A stretch of DNA of 64,000 nt, taken from contig NC_068989.1 of the NCBI RefSeq assembly GCF_001194135.2, positions 30,005,711-30,069,710 on the forward strand. The letters run 5' to 3'. This DNA is from Octopus bimaculoides. Its lineage: Eukaryota. The position numbers were made by a program, and so were the translations under genes. Below are positions 37,547-51,460 of the stretch, piece by piece. Under the pieces are notes generated by a model. It was not told where the DNA came from and did not search any database. It was given only the letters and a program-made list of their open reading frames with translations. Numbering within the stretch: position 1 is the first letter of the stretch; each line of letters starts with the position of its first letter.

Positions 37547-37600
<54 letters not shown>

Positions 37601-37815
37601 TCATANNNNNNNNNNNNNNNNNNNNNNNNNNNNNNNNNNNNNNNNNNNNNNNNNNNNNNNNNNNNNNNNNNNNNNNNNNNNNNNNNNNNNNNNNNNNNNN
37701 NNNNNNNNNNNNNNNNNNNNNNNNNNNNNNNNNNNNNNNNNNNNNNNNNNNNNNNNNNNNNNNNNNNNNNNNNNNNNNNNNNNNNNNNNNNNNNNNNNNN
37801 NNNNNNNNNNNNNNN

Positions 37816-37854
<39 letters not shown>

Positions 37855-37999
37855 GGTATTAATAGAAATGAAAAAATAGTAATCTATAAATATAAAAATG
37901 CAAACAACTATCAGATTAAAATTTCCACAAATAAAGACATATTACAATTATAATGTTAAGTAAGTTTATAGTATAGAAAGGATTTATATTTAAAATGTT

Positions 38000-38373
38000 G
38001 ACATCTCAAAATAAGTGCATCAGGGCAATTAATCAAAATCACATTATTTTTACTGTTTTTATTGATGTAAAATGCCTCTGATATACAAAGATTACTGCAT
38101 CTATTACCACCACTATAAGGTTGTGCACAATCAAGAATTGATCAATAAATTTCATATTCAATATTATGATCTATCAATGAATGTACAAATTTAGCTAGGG
38201 ATGTATAATTAGCCGTCTTTAAATGTAGATCTATGATTATTCCATCTGATTTTAAATGATGAAGAAGATGCACCAATGTATACATGTTCATTACCAAGGG
38301 CCATAATTGAACATTTATATACAATGTTTTTCCTAAGACATTGGTTATTAATAAGGTATTTGCAAAAAGTAAA

Positions 38374-38413
<40 letters not shown>

Positions 38414-38770
38414 GGTATAATACAATCAGTTAAATTATAAATGGTAACATTATTATTACTAGAGTTAGAAGTATAGTTATGATTATTATTTAGGTTAGAT
38501 ATTATAGATGGATGAGTGCTGTTAGTATTATTTGCTGAATTTAATATATTATTATATGCTTGATTATTAGAATCTAGATGTTTTAGTTTTTGATAATTAA
38601 ATCTAGATATATACTCAGCAATCAATATTGGGTGTATTAGAGTAGGATAATTAACAATATGTCTATTGAAGATTTGATGATATGGGCTGGAAGAACTTTT
38701 TTGCTACATCAGATGCAATATTTAGACTAAAAAGGGGGTGGGGGTTAAACCATAAACCATTTTTATATAA
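38000..38770 (-). mobile_element. Penelope-like (Neptune-type) 5'-truncated copy with poly-Asn linker
   Basis: WFNPHPLFSLNIASDVAKKFF, HQIFNRH, then ORF 38209-38625 ...NNNNNNN...CLRKNIVYKC...VYIGASSSSFKIRWNNHRSTF. Confidence 0.82.
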
Positions 38771-38869
38771 AATACATTTTCTACAATATAAATTATGAAA
38801 TTTGTCATTTATACCATGTATATTTTTTTATAAACTACTACTATAATAATAATTATTATTATCTATATT

Positions 38870-39086
38870 ACTCTTTTACTCTTTTACTTGTTTTAGTCAT
38901 TTGACTGCGGCCATGCTGGAGCACCGCCTTTAGTCAAGCAAATCGACCCCAGAACTTATTCTTTGTAACCGCTAAGTTATGTGGACGTAAACGCACCAGC
39001 ATCGGTTGTCAAGCGATGTTGGGGGGGACAAACACAGACACAGAAACACATATATATATATATACATATATACGACAGGCTTCTTT
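38870..39086 (-). mobile_element. SINE family 1, 3' part, cut by a gap
   Basis: Matches 5870-6130. Confidence 0.85.
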
Positions 39087-40704
39087 NNNNNNNNNNNNNN
39101 NNNNNNNNNNNNNNNNNNNNNNNNNNNNNNNNNNNNNNNNNNNNNNNNNNNNNNNNNNNNNNNNNNNNNNNNNNNNNNNNNNNNNNNNNNNNNNNNNNNN
39201 NNNNNNNNNNNNNNNNNNNNNNNNNNNNNNNNNNNNNNNNNNNNNNNNNNNNNNNNNNNNNNNNNNNNNNNNNNNNNNNNNNNNNNNNNNNNNNNNNNNN
39301 NNNNNNNNNNNNNNNNNNNNNNNNNNNNNNNNNNNNNNNNNNNNNNNNNNNNNNNNNNNNNNNNNNNNNNNNNNNNNNNNNNNNNNNNNNNNNNNNNNNN
39401 NNNNNNNNNNNNNNNNNNNNNNNNNNNNNNNNNNNNNNNNNNNNNNNNNNNNNNNNNNNNNNNNNNNNNNNNNNNNNNNNNNNNNNNNNNNNNNNNNNNN
39501 NNNNNNNNNNNNNNNNNNNNNNNNNNNNNNNNNNNNNNNNNNNNNNNNNNNNNNNNNNNNNNNNNNNNNNNNNNNNNNNNNNNNNNNNNNNNNNNNNNNN
39601 NNNNNNNNNNNNNNNNNNNNNNNNNNNNNNNNNNNNNNNNNNNNNNNNNNNNNNNNNNNNNNNNNNNNNNNNNNNNNNNNNNNNNNNNNNNNNNNNNNAG
39701 TAATATATGTATTATTTGAAGGTAAATATTTATTATTTAGATTATCAATATCAAATATAGAATTTATATGATTATTAACATTAAATTCAGGAAGAAAATC
39801 TATTTCACCTGATGACATAGCACAAATTCTGCATTATTTTCAGATAATTTTTTACATTTTGTAATAGTGCAGACATGCAAGTAATTTATCTATGATTAGA
39901 TATGTTGATATAAGTTATTTACATACTTTTTGAGTTATGAAACAAAGTTGTAGAGTTATTTGGATTTTTTATTTTTAAATAAAGATTCATCTAAATATTT
40001 CTCTATCATTTATGACTCTGTGTGTGTTTGTGTGTGTGTGTGTGTGCATGTGTGTGTGTGTGTGTGTGTGTCTGTGTGTGTATGAAACATGTATGTATTT
40101 ATATGAATGTATCATCATTGTTTTAATACCTACTTTTCCATGCTTGCATGGATCACATGAGAGTATGTTGAGGTGATGGCTTTCCTATCACCAAACTTCT
40201 CTGTCACATGAAGCTATTACAAACAGTAAATGAGCACAGGTGAAGACAAAAGAACTCATTCACACACATGCACAGGCACACGCACAGACACACAGACAGA
40301 CAGACACACACAGACACACACAGACACACACAAACACACACAAATTCAGTATGGGTATAAACTTTATAGTTTGCTTAACAAAGCTTGTTTATAGGCATTG
40401 GTTAACATATCCTATCATCCAGTGAGATTGATGCATCATATCTGAAATTGCATGATATGCAAAGAGTTTATTCAAAAGTATGAATAATAGAAATAAGATT
40501 GAGCAACATATACCTACTACATATATCTACTCATTATATGCACATATATGTATCTATTCCTGCACATATATACAATATTAACAGACTAACATATGTAATT
40601 ACCACCCTCATATACAGATATACACACACACACATATATATAGACATATACACACACACACATATATATAGACATATACACACACACAACAACAACAACA
40701 TTAT

Positions 40705-43060
40705 ACAGACGTACAGGAGGGCTACCCTCCCGGTATATGATAGTATTAACCAAGAAGCCAGAGATATAGCATTTAAACTAGGCATAGAAGAGAGGGTAGA
40801 GACGCTGGTGAAGAAAGAGGCCTTCATAACGATCAAGGATCATAAACCAAACTTTGACTCTAACCCTAAATGCAGGCTGATAAACCCGGTGAAGTCTGAG
40901 ATCAGACAGGAGAGCAAACAGTTCATCAGAAAGATCAGTAATGATGTTAGAAATGCCTATGATCTTGCCCTATGGTGCAACACCAATGAGGTCATTACAT
41001 GGTTTAAAGCCAATAGCAGTAGGAGTTAGAGCTAGGTTTACCCAATTTGATATAGTGGATTTCTAGCCATCTATATAAAGGGAGCTCCTGTTAAAGGCAC
41101 TGGACTTTGCTAGTCCTTAGCGACAAGGACAAACACATTATCATGCATGCCAGAAGAATCCTACTCTTCAGTAAGGGTTTGGCTTGGGCCACACATACTG
41201 ACTCAGGGGATTCCTTCAACAAGGTAATGGGTGCCTTCGAAAGTGCTGACTTATGTGACCTAGTTGGTCTCTTCATCCTAGATATACTAAAAAAGAAATT
41301 CCCTTCAACTAGCTTTGGCCTCTACAGAGATGACATGCTGGCAATATAAGAAGGGCTAATGGCCACATGCTAGATAAGCTCAGAAAGGACCTTATAGTTA
41401 CCATGAACTCCCTTGAACTGAAGGTCACAATAGAGACCAACCTGAAAACAATAGATTTCCTTGATGTGAGCCTGGATCTGGAATCTGGTGCCTATAAGCC
41501 CTTTAGGAAACCAAATGAGAAACTATCATACATTAACACAAGTTCCTGCCATCCAGCCATAGTGTTCAGGAACCTGGTTAAGGTGTCAGCAGGAGAATCT
41601 CTGGCTATCTTCAAGCAAAGAGATCTTTTATGCTGCCACCCTGTAGTACATCTGGGCTCTGGTTGCCAGCAGTTTCAAGCATAGTATTAGTTACATGCCA
41701 GACACTACAAAGAGAAAGTGCCACCGGAAAGTGTTGTGCTTCTTGCTGCCCTTCTCTTTAAATGTTAAGACCAGAGTAGATAAGCTCTTCCTTACTTTAG
41801 TTGATAAACACTTCCATCATATTAATAGATTCAACAAAATATTTAATAGATACACCCTGAGACTATCCTTTAACTGTGCAGTGTAAAAAAGATTTTAGTA
41901 GGTAGGCCTACACCCGAGGCAAAGGCAGGATGCTCATGCAGAGCTAATGCAACTTGTCTACTGAATGGCCACTGTAACATGGAGACAGTTGTATACGAAG
42001 TAGAGGTAACAGCCATAGGACCCAACGGGCAACCAAGCATAAAGAAATATGTGGGGGCAACGGAAGGCCCCTTCAGAACCTGCTTTAACAACCACAAGTT
42101 CTCCTTCAACATCCTTGTGAGATGTAATGCCACAACCCTAGCCAAGCACATTTGGTCTTTGAAAGAAAGCACCACAGAGTACAGCATAAAGTGAAAGATC
42201 CTGGAAAATGCAAACCATACTTCAATAGCAGCAGGAAGTGCAGGTTGTGCTTGGCTGAGAAGAGAGCAATTTTAAAGGGTCCCCAATGCCCAGATATTTC
42301 CCTGAATAGCAGGAATGATGTGTTTAATCCTTGCCCACATGGAAAGAAGTACATCCTATTGTACCTGTGTGCCCCATCATGACCGCAACCATAAGTCCCC
42401 AGGATCGACCTTCCACCAATATCCTTGGGCCTAGCAAAGAGTTTGACCTGAGTACACATCAATGCACCCATATACACACATGCACATCCTTACATGGCAG
42501 ACACCTCACAAAATAGTCTCTCATTAGCCCCAACATATACCCCTTCACACAAATTGTACCTACACACACACACATTACACACCGCAGGCTAACATAAAAC
42601 CCCCACAACCTTAGCCAGTATGAAAAGAAAACAGACCAACGAACACAATTATATATACCTACATCCCTGAAAATTATGCATATGACACTACTACACATAC
42701 TACACACCCCATCCCCAAAATAAAAAAATCATTAATGGGAATGAGAAATTCAATCTAAGAATTCATTGAGTCATCTTCTTCAGCTAAGATGTAGACAAAT
42801 TACTAAAATATATTGGAGGTAGAATAATAATATTTCTCATTAAACCTCACTTAATAACACACACTTTCTCCACAAACACTTCAAGATAACTCTTACTGGC
42901 TTTACAGTGTACCCAACCAAGGGACATAACTCCTAACCTAATCCCCTGGCCTCTTTCCCTTTTCACAGCAGCCGCAAACTGGATGTGTTAATTCACCTCT
43001 GACAATAGAGAGCAGTCACCATATTCTCTTCCATATCAGCTAACTCTGATGAGCATAAGG
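40705..43060 (+). mobile_element. Penelope-like element (Neptune-type): RT, GIY-YIG and 3' UTR, disrupted
   Basis: FITIKDHKPNF...PKCRLINP, FDIVDF*PSI, MGAFESADLCDLVG, GLYRDD, IDFLDVSL, VVYEVEV...YVGATEGPF...NNHKFSF, CRLCLAEK...SLNSRND...CPH. Confidence 0.92.
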
Positions 43061-43917
43061 TTATATAATTAGATTGTTACTTAACACTCCATTGTATTTT
43101 TTGCATGAAACTGATTGTTAAAATCAGCCGTGATGGATATATAATACTGTACATTTTGGAAAATACACACACACACACATATATATATGGGGAGAGAGAG
43201 GGAGAGAGAGAGAGAGAGAGAGATAGAGAGAGAGAGAGAAACAGAGACAGGGAGATACATATATATACTCATCTACTTTTAAATAGATTATACTCACACA
43301 TAAATATGCAACTGCACATAGTATTTATTTCAAAACCGCCCATGCAGAATTAATAATTAATAATTAACACAAGATTTCTTTAAAGTTAAACGATAATAGA
43401 TTGTGTATAAATACATACATAGTTTTAAATACATTAGATATTTGTGCTGCTATAGGAATACAGATTTAGTTATATATACATCAGTTGGTGTATGATTTTG
43501 TAGCAAAAATTATATATGCATATAATTAACTAAAAGCAAATTAAAACATTACATATTCATGCTCTACATGAATACCGATATAGGTATGTATGCACTAATT
43601 AGTGTAAAATTGCACATCAAAAATGCATACACAGTAGAAGATTGCACAACAAAATGTATACACATATATAATTAAATATACAAATGGAATTTATGTTTTT
43701 TCCAAATTCCTAAAATAAACATTTGATTCTTTGGTTACATTTTGCAGTGAGTTCAGAGTGTCTGTAAATAAGTTCACCTCTGCCCATTAAAATGCACAGT
43801 GCCTCCTCAGAGCAAATATTGCATGATTTAGAATATGCATTGTATGGGTATGCATTTTTTACCACTATCCATTATATATCATAATCTATTTTGCTTTCTC
43901 TGAGACTCTAAATCAGG

Positions 43918-44264
43918 TCAGCAAGGGATTGTTGTGTCTTTGTCAATGTTATGAAATGATGCAATGTTATTGTGGTAATGATTTTTTAAGTAATTGCTTG
44001 TTGCACCTACATATGCAAATGTCTTTGCTCTTGCCCAGACCACACATTTGTATACAATGTTCTTATAGATGCGTTCATTTCCTAGAGGACAAGTAACTCT
44101 GTTTCTAAAATTACATACTAAACTGCTTTCAAATTGATCATTACAAGCCATTTTTGATGTTTCTATTTACCATCTTATTATTATTATTGCTATTATTATT
44201 ATTATTATTATTATTATAATTATTATTATTATTATTGTTATTATTATTATCATCATCAGTATTA

Positions 44265-44326
<62 letters not shown>

Positions 44327-44450
44327 GCTTTCAGTGTTACTATTATTGTTGATCCCAACATCATTATTATCAAAATTGTCATTATTAACATTTTTATTTA
44401 CATTACTGTCATTATTGTCAATACTATTGCTTAAATTGAAATTATACAGA
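43918..44450 (-). mobile_element. Penelope-like (Neptune-type) fragment: (AAT)n linker plus GIY-YIG start
   Basis: ORF 43918-44151 CNFRNRVTCPLGNERIYKNIVYKC...AYVGATSN, preceded on the minus strand by (AAT)n 44165-44330. Confidence 0.72.
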
Positions 44451-44499
44451 CTGGTGTGATTATATTCTCTATTATTATGGTTATATATTCTTATGACAT

Positions 44500-45480
44500 C
44501 AACAACATATAATTTTTGCTGGTAAGAATAAAGTTTTTAAAATGGATAGAGAACTTTGAAGAATTGCTTTGGGACAATGGTAGAGTTCATGTCATGTCTA
44601 CCAGAGACAAGTTCAAGTCCCATGGGCAGCGTTTAGCATTTTTTATCCTAAAAGGTTTTACAGCCCAATATTTACATGCTGCTATTTATAGCTTTATGTG
44701 AGCCTTAAAACCACTATTCCAAAAAAAGGATTCATTTATTCATTCATACATACATACACATTACATGCACCCACTGTGACTCATTGGGTCACAACCATTC
44801 CAAGTTGAAAATCTTGATGTGCAGTGGGAAAGGAAAAAATACTTTCTTGAACTTCATGCAATAAAATTCTTAAATAATACAGTTCTCCTGCCTTTGGTGT
44901 GACAACATAAACACAACCAAATGTTTCTTCTTTGAAAACATTCTAATGGCCTTCAACTTTTTTCTTCACTGTCTCCTTTGCCATTTTTGTTGCTACTGTT
45001 CCAAGTGAAATATATGGGTACTTCAGCAAAAAATAATGCTTCTGCAAAGTCATCATTGATGCACAATGAAAAGAATTCTGTCAATGTTGTTCCCAAAAGT
45101 CGTTCATTGACAGCCATATATATCCTCATTATTTCTGAGCAATATCCTTTGTTCATCTGGGAGATGAACTTGCAGTCTCACTATTGCAGGTGCTCTTTCA
45201 TGAACTGAAAATCCTAAAATAGATGCAACTGCTTTGGATGGTCTAATATACCAACCCATTAGATATTGACTAATTTCATTATTATTGTTTATTTGAACAG
45301 CAGCTTGGTCATTTCCTTTCAGCATGTACTTGATGACGTACTTAATTGACCTCACTGAAGCTACAATTTCAACATTGCAATGGTATTTGAATCCTCTTAA
45401 AAGAGTTTCATTATAAGGTACAGCCCATTTGTTGCTTGTTTTTCCATTCTTATGAGGTTCAACTCCTCTTATTGAACTGA
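44500..45480 (-). mobile_element. Helitron Rep-helicase fragment
   Basis: VPYNETLLRGFKYHCNVEI...SIKYVIKYMLKGND...EISQYLMGWYIRPSKAV...ILGFSVHERAPAIVRLQVHLPDEQ and TTLTEFFSLC...EVPIYFTWN; cut by the gap at 45521. Confidence 0.85.
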
Positions 45481-46268
45481 TCTTAATCTATAAAGAGATA
45501 GTCTCTCAGTCTGTTTTTCTNNNNNNNNNNNNNNNNNNNNNNNNNNNNNNNNNNNNNNNNNNNNNNNNNNNNNNNNNNNNNNNNNNNNNNNNNNNNNNNN
45601 NNNNNNNNNNNNNNNNNNNNNNNNNNNNNNNNNNNNNNNNNNNNNNNNNNNNNNNNNNNNNNNNNNNNNNNNNNNNNNNNNNNNNNNNNNNNNNNNNNNN
45701 NNNNNNNNNNNNNNNNNNNNNNNNNNNNNNNNNNNNNNNNNNNNNNNNNNNNNNNNNNNNNNNNNNNNNNNNNNNNNNNNNNNNNNNNNNNNNNNNNNNN
45801 NNNNNNNNNNNNNNNNNNNNNNNNNNNNNNNNNNNNNNNNNNNNNNNNNNNNNNNNNNNNNNNNNNNNNNNNNNNNNNNNNNNNNNNNNNNNNNNNNNNN
45901 NNNNNNNNNNNNNNNNNNNNNNNNNNNNNNNNNNNNNNNNNNNNNNNNNNNNNNNNNNNNNNNNNNNNNNNNNNNNNNNNNNNNNNNNNNNNNNNNNNNN
46001 NNNNNNNNNNNNNNNNNNNNNNNNNNNNNNNNNNNNNNNNNNNNNNNNNNNNNNNNNNNNNNNNNNNNNNNNNNNNNNNNNNNNNNNNNNNNNNNNNNNN
46101 NNNNNNNNNNNNNNNNNNNNNNNNNNNNNNNNNNNNNNNNNNNNNNNNNNNNNNNNNNNNNNNNNNNNNNNNNNNNNNNNNNNNNNNNNNNNNNNNNNNN
46201 NNNNNNNNNNNNNNNNNNNNNNNNNNNNNNNNNNNNNNNNNNNNNNNNNNNNNNNNNNNNNNNNNNNN

Positions 46269-46324
<56 letters not shown>

Positions 46325-46650
46325 CATATATTGGTAAAATATAGATTTTAGAATCTCATGCATTCATATTTGTATCACACTATAATCTGTCTGAATAACT
46401 ACAATATATATACATATAAATGCCTTTAATATTTCTTTTAAAGTCAAAACAATGCAACCTATAAAAATTAATAATACAGGCGAATGGTTTGTACATTTAA
46501 TTGGTATTTCAATATTTCAAGACTAGGATCCCTTATTCAGGAAATCTTTGCAGAAAAGGTGTTGTTATCTGACTTCTCTGCAGAACAGATTTCCTCTGTA
46601 GATTTCCTGAAGGAGAAGTCCTAACCATGTAATATATATGATATATTATT

Positions 46651-46863
46651 GGTTTCAAATTTTGGCACCAAGTTAGCAAGTTTGTAGGAGAGGGTAAGTC
46701 AATTACATTGAGCTCAGTGCTCAACTAGTACTTATTTTATCAACCCCAAAAGGATGGAGGGCAAAGTTGACCTTGGTGGAATTTGAACTGAGAACATACT
46801 GATAAAAAGAAATGCCACTAAGCATTTTGCCCAGCTTGCTAATGATTCTTCCAGCTTGCCACC
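46651..46863 (-). mobile_element. SINE family 2
   Basis: Full alignment to the other copies. Confidence 0.87.
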
Positions 46864-46999
46864 TCTATACAATATATTATTAAATAACAGGTCGAGATGG
46901 TGCCATGCAACTTGAAGTTTCATGGGCTTGAAAACAAATGTAATTCAGGCAGCTAGACAGAGACTAACAAGCTATGCGACAAATTCTAGATGTTAGACC

Positions 47000-47560
47000 T
47001 TTGTTGGTCAATTCACATCATGCGGTGTTATTGGTGTGGAAGCAATTATTGTCTTTATTCCTAGGCCTACATGGTTAGACAGGATGTTGGTAGGTAACTG
47101 TTGCTGCTTTGTCTGAAACCAGTGCTAAGGTTCATTTAATGATATTGGTATATTGCATTAGATGCTACGCATGACAGAGAGGAGTATTGTCAGAGATTAG
47201 TGGAGAAATAACACTATAGTGGCAACAGACTTTCCATGTGAGTAAACAGATTTGGAGTGGTGCTGGATTAAAATTTGTTGGTCCTAGGATGGATTGTCAG
47301 CATGAAATGGACTGTAGTCTATGTGGGCTGCAGGGGTTAAGGTACCATGCCATGTATATGGAATCACCAGGCCTAAGGTGGGATATCTGGATTGCTGGCT
47401 GCCAGTGGCTTGAAGTTCATTATCAGGGCGTACCAATGGTGCAAATAATAAGATAGTTCATTCTTCCTGTTGATGGATACTAAAGGCTGATGGAATATGT
47501 ACAGTCTCCTGCAGAGGCCTGTTCTATGAGCCTACAAAACTTTAAGTTGCATGGAGCTGA
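47000..47560 (-). mobile_element. Highly decayed CR1/L2-type RT relic
   Basis: Degenerate matches in the expected order to DxSKAFD (~47545-47565) and the PLLF/NDL block (~47410-47450). Confidence 0.35.
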
Positions 47561-48599
47561 GTCAAACTGCTATTAAATATGTTACTCCTACAAAAATGTG
47601 TTGAGGGCCACTTTCTTTCATTTGTTCACTCACTTGTATATGTGCATGTGAGTGTGTGAATGTGTATATATGTGTGTGTGTTTGCGTGTATAAATAAGCA
47701 TGCATACACACATATATCACTATATCACTGTATTGAATAAACTATCAGACATTGTTATACATCATTGATCACAGTGTGCTTCCAATTCTTTCTTGACTGT
47801 GCTAGGCAAATACCTCTTTAAGCATTCTGTAGAAATCAGACCTGGCTAACTAAATTGCCCAGTTATTACCACACCAATCCATATACATTGCTATTCATTT
47901 CCTGTGACAGGCTCAGTTTGTAAATTCAAAGACAAACCCTAATTTGGTGCATTAATCACAGAATATATTAGAAAAACATGACTTATTTAGCTTACATGTG
48001 TTTTGAACAGCATGGCAAAACCCAAGCATTGCAGATTGCAATATGCATATTTAGTTGATCCTTCATTTGAATGACTAAAATGTCATAGAAAAAGAGCAAT
48101 AGTGCTGTTTTTTTACACTCTAGCAGATGTACAGAAGCAATAAAGGACAAGAAATTTTCAGCAAATGAGGATGTATGCAAAATAAAAATTACTATAATCA
48201 TACATTATCTGAAGCTGGCTATAGGGACAAAATTTACTATATCCAGAATCAAAACACTGATAAAATTCTTGGTAATAATAGATATCAAATATGATGAAAC
48301 TTGATAGTGAGTGCAATAAATACATCAAGCAATCTTATTTAAGTAAGCTAAATGATAACAAGAATAATGATGCAAATAAGATTGGTTAAAAGTGAAGTAT
48401 TGAAGATAATCATATTATTATTAATAAGCATAGATTCAATTCTGTAGATACTAAATGTATGGTTGGTATAAACATTAACAACAACAACAACATTAAGGAG
48501 GCTATAGATATGTATGACTTTAATCATAAAAATTATTGCAAGAGGATATCTAATGTTGATAATGTTAATATTAAGAAAAACGTATATATAATAGAAAGA

Positions 48600-49500
48600 C
48601 TAAATCAAGGAATATTATCAGGTATAATGCACCATTCACACCTACAGCTACTAATTAATATTCCTTGGAAATTCTTTGCTGCACTGGATAAATATATCCC
48701 AACTTCAAGTAAGTATGGGAAATTATTTAATCACAACAGAGTGGAATTTTCCTATCAAACCACCTGAAATTATAAGCCAGCTGAAATTATAGCAGCATAC
48801 AAGTAAAGTAAAATTCGCCAGTATCCCAACTCAAAATTAGTAAACATGAATAAAACCAATAATGTGAATTATGAAATTAACTCTAATAATAATTTTCCTG
48901 AACTAGGTTTTCATACTTTAGGTAAAAGTAATTCTGATTGTGAAACTGATAATGCCTTTGAAATAATATTAATTATAATAGACTTGCCTTAACACCTACT
49001 TCTGAAAGGAGAATTAGTGCTAATTCCTTTAACCACGAGTACCATATACAAGTGAATAAATCCTTTTGAAATTTCAAAAACAAAATATCAGTCCTTTAGA
49101 AAATCAATGTTTAAGGAAGAATATAGTGTATCAATGTAAGGTCATAACAGGAGATTGTACATACTATTACATAGATTCTTCTGCTACAATTTGAAATCTA
49201 GATTGAATAATCATTTTAAATTTAAGTTTAGAAGAAAAGGTAATTCTATGAATCTTTTGGAATTTACAAGACAGCAAATGCATTTGGGATTTACAAGATT
49301 TAACTATGATATAAAGTGTTCCACCATCATACAATACTGGTAATTTTAAATGTGATCTTTGCTTGAGGAAATGTATTATATAATTACTTCTAAATTAGTA
49401 ATATTAAATTGGAGAAATAATTTTACATTGAAATGTTCTCATAAATATGGAAAGCATATAAATATTTCACTACTAAATAACCCATTAATCATAAGACTTT
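48600..49500 (+). mobile_element. Decayed Penelope-like (Neptune-type) fragment with Asn-rich linker
   Basis: KFFAALDKYIPTSSKYGKLFNHNRVEFSYQT, Asn-rich stretch, then PLENQCLRKNIVYQC...YYYI. Confidence 0.65.
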
Positions 49501-49699
49501 CCTATAATCTAATATGCATAATGTTTCTAAAAAGTGTTTTTAGCATATTAATAGAGAGATAACTAATTGCTGTCATGTAGAATTCCTATGTTTCTAATTG
49601 TTATGACGTAGAATTTCTATGTTAATTTTTTATTCTTTCATTATCTACTGACGTCACCAAAAGTTAAATACTAAACAGGCTTTTCTTAGAACATTATCA

Positions 49700-51460
49700 T
49701 CATCATCATCATTTAACGTCCGTTTTCCATGCTGGCATGGGTTGGACGGTTTCACTGGGGACTGGCAAGCCAGGAAGCTGCACCAGACTCCAATCTGATC
49801 TGGCAAGGTTTCTACAGCTGGATGCCCTTCCTAACATCAACCACTCCGAGAGTCTAGTGGGTGCTTTTACGTCCCACTGGCACGGGAGCCAGCCAGGTGG
49901 CACTGGCATCAGCCACATTCAGATGGTGCTTTTTATGTGCCACCAGCATGGGGAGTCAGTCAGGTGGCACTGACATTGACCCATGCATGAATGGTGCTTA
50001 TTGTGTGCCAGTCAGGCAGCACTGGCATCGTCCACAACTACAATTTCCATTTTGATTTCGATTTGATTGAGATTTTACTTGACTCAATAGGTCTCCTCAA
50101 GTACAGCATGTTGCCTGATGATTCAAAGGTACTTTTTAAATGGGCTGCTTATGTGACACTGGTAAAGGTTAGGGCTATACTTTCCGGATCACTTTACTTT
50201 CTGGGTCACTTTACTTTCTGGGTCTTCTCAATCACAGCATATCTCCAGAGGTCTCTGTCTCTTGTCATTGCCTCTTGAGGCCCAACATTTGAAGGTCATG
50301 CTTCACCACCTCATCCCATGTCTTCCTAAGTCTACCTCTTCCACGGGTTCCTTCCACGGGTTCCTTCCACGGGTTCCTTCCACGGGTTCCTTCCACTGTT
50401 AGGGAGTGACACTTCTTCACACAGGTCTCCTCATCCATATGCAACACATGATCATACCAGTGCAGACGTCTCTCTTGCACACCACATCTGATGCTTCTTA
50501 TGTCCAGTATTTTTCTCAGGGTGCTTACACCCTCTTGTGTGCACACACTAACATTACACATCTAGCAGATCATACTAGCTTCATTCCTTTCAAGCCTACG
50601 TATGTCCTCAACAGTCATGAACCATGTTTCACTGCTGTGTAGCATGGCAGTACGCATACATGCATCATACAATCTACCTTTCACTCTGAGCGAGAGGCCC
50701 TTTGTCACCAGCAGAGGTAGGAGCTTTCTGAACTTTGTCCAGGCTATTCTTATTCTAGTGGCAATGCTCTCAGAGCATCCACCCCAGCTACTGGCTTGGT
50801 CACCGATGTAACAGAAGCTATCAACTACTTCTAGTTTCTTTCCCTGACATGTGATGGAATCTGTTTTCTGAACATCTTCAGTGTTTATTGCTCTTGTGCA
50901 ACTGCTGCACACAAAAACTATCATCCTGGTTAACCTTCTTTGATGTTGCTGCACCTTTTATGTGTCCATAACTTACACTGGGTACATCTTATGGAGTTTC
51001 TACCTACATCTTTTCTACAGATTGAGCAGGGCTGGGTTTGTGATTTGTTGGTATTTGCAATATTGACTCTAAGGCCCTTCAATTCTACAATTGCTTCCAC
51101 ACCTGAAATTTCTTCTCTCGTTCTGGTAGTGATTTAGCTATGAGAGCCAAGACATCAGTATAGAAGAGCTACCAGGGGCAGCCTGCTTTGAATTCCTCTG
51201 TTATTGCCTGAAGGACAATGATGAATAAGAGAGGGCTGAGGGCTGATCCTTGGTGAGTTATATTTTGTCTTAACAACTCAACAGTCTTGCCAGACCTATC
51301 TTTTAATGTGCCTATATTGACAGTTCCAACTCTGAGAGAGTGGAAAGGGATGTGAGAGGAAACATGGAGGAAATGGCATTCAGTATCTGATAAGAAGGTT
51401 TCAATGAGCATTTGATAACGGGTGTGTCATATCAGTTGTTCTCACATTAATCTACTTTCA
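49700..51460 (-). mobile_element. RTE LINE with intact 3' end and a large internal deletion joining the APE start to the RT core
   Basis: LRVGTVNIGTLKDRSGKTVELL fused to HQGSALSPLLFIIVLQAITEEFKAGCPW; post-RT motifs LEVVDSFCYIGD, RLHWYDHV, RGRGRLRKTW; 3' UTR and (ATG)n tail at ~49700. Confidence 0.92.
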
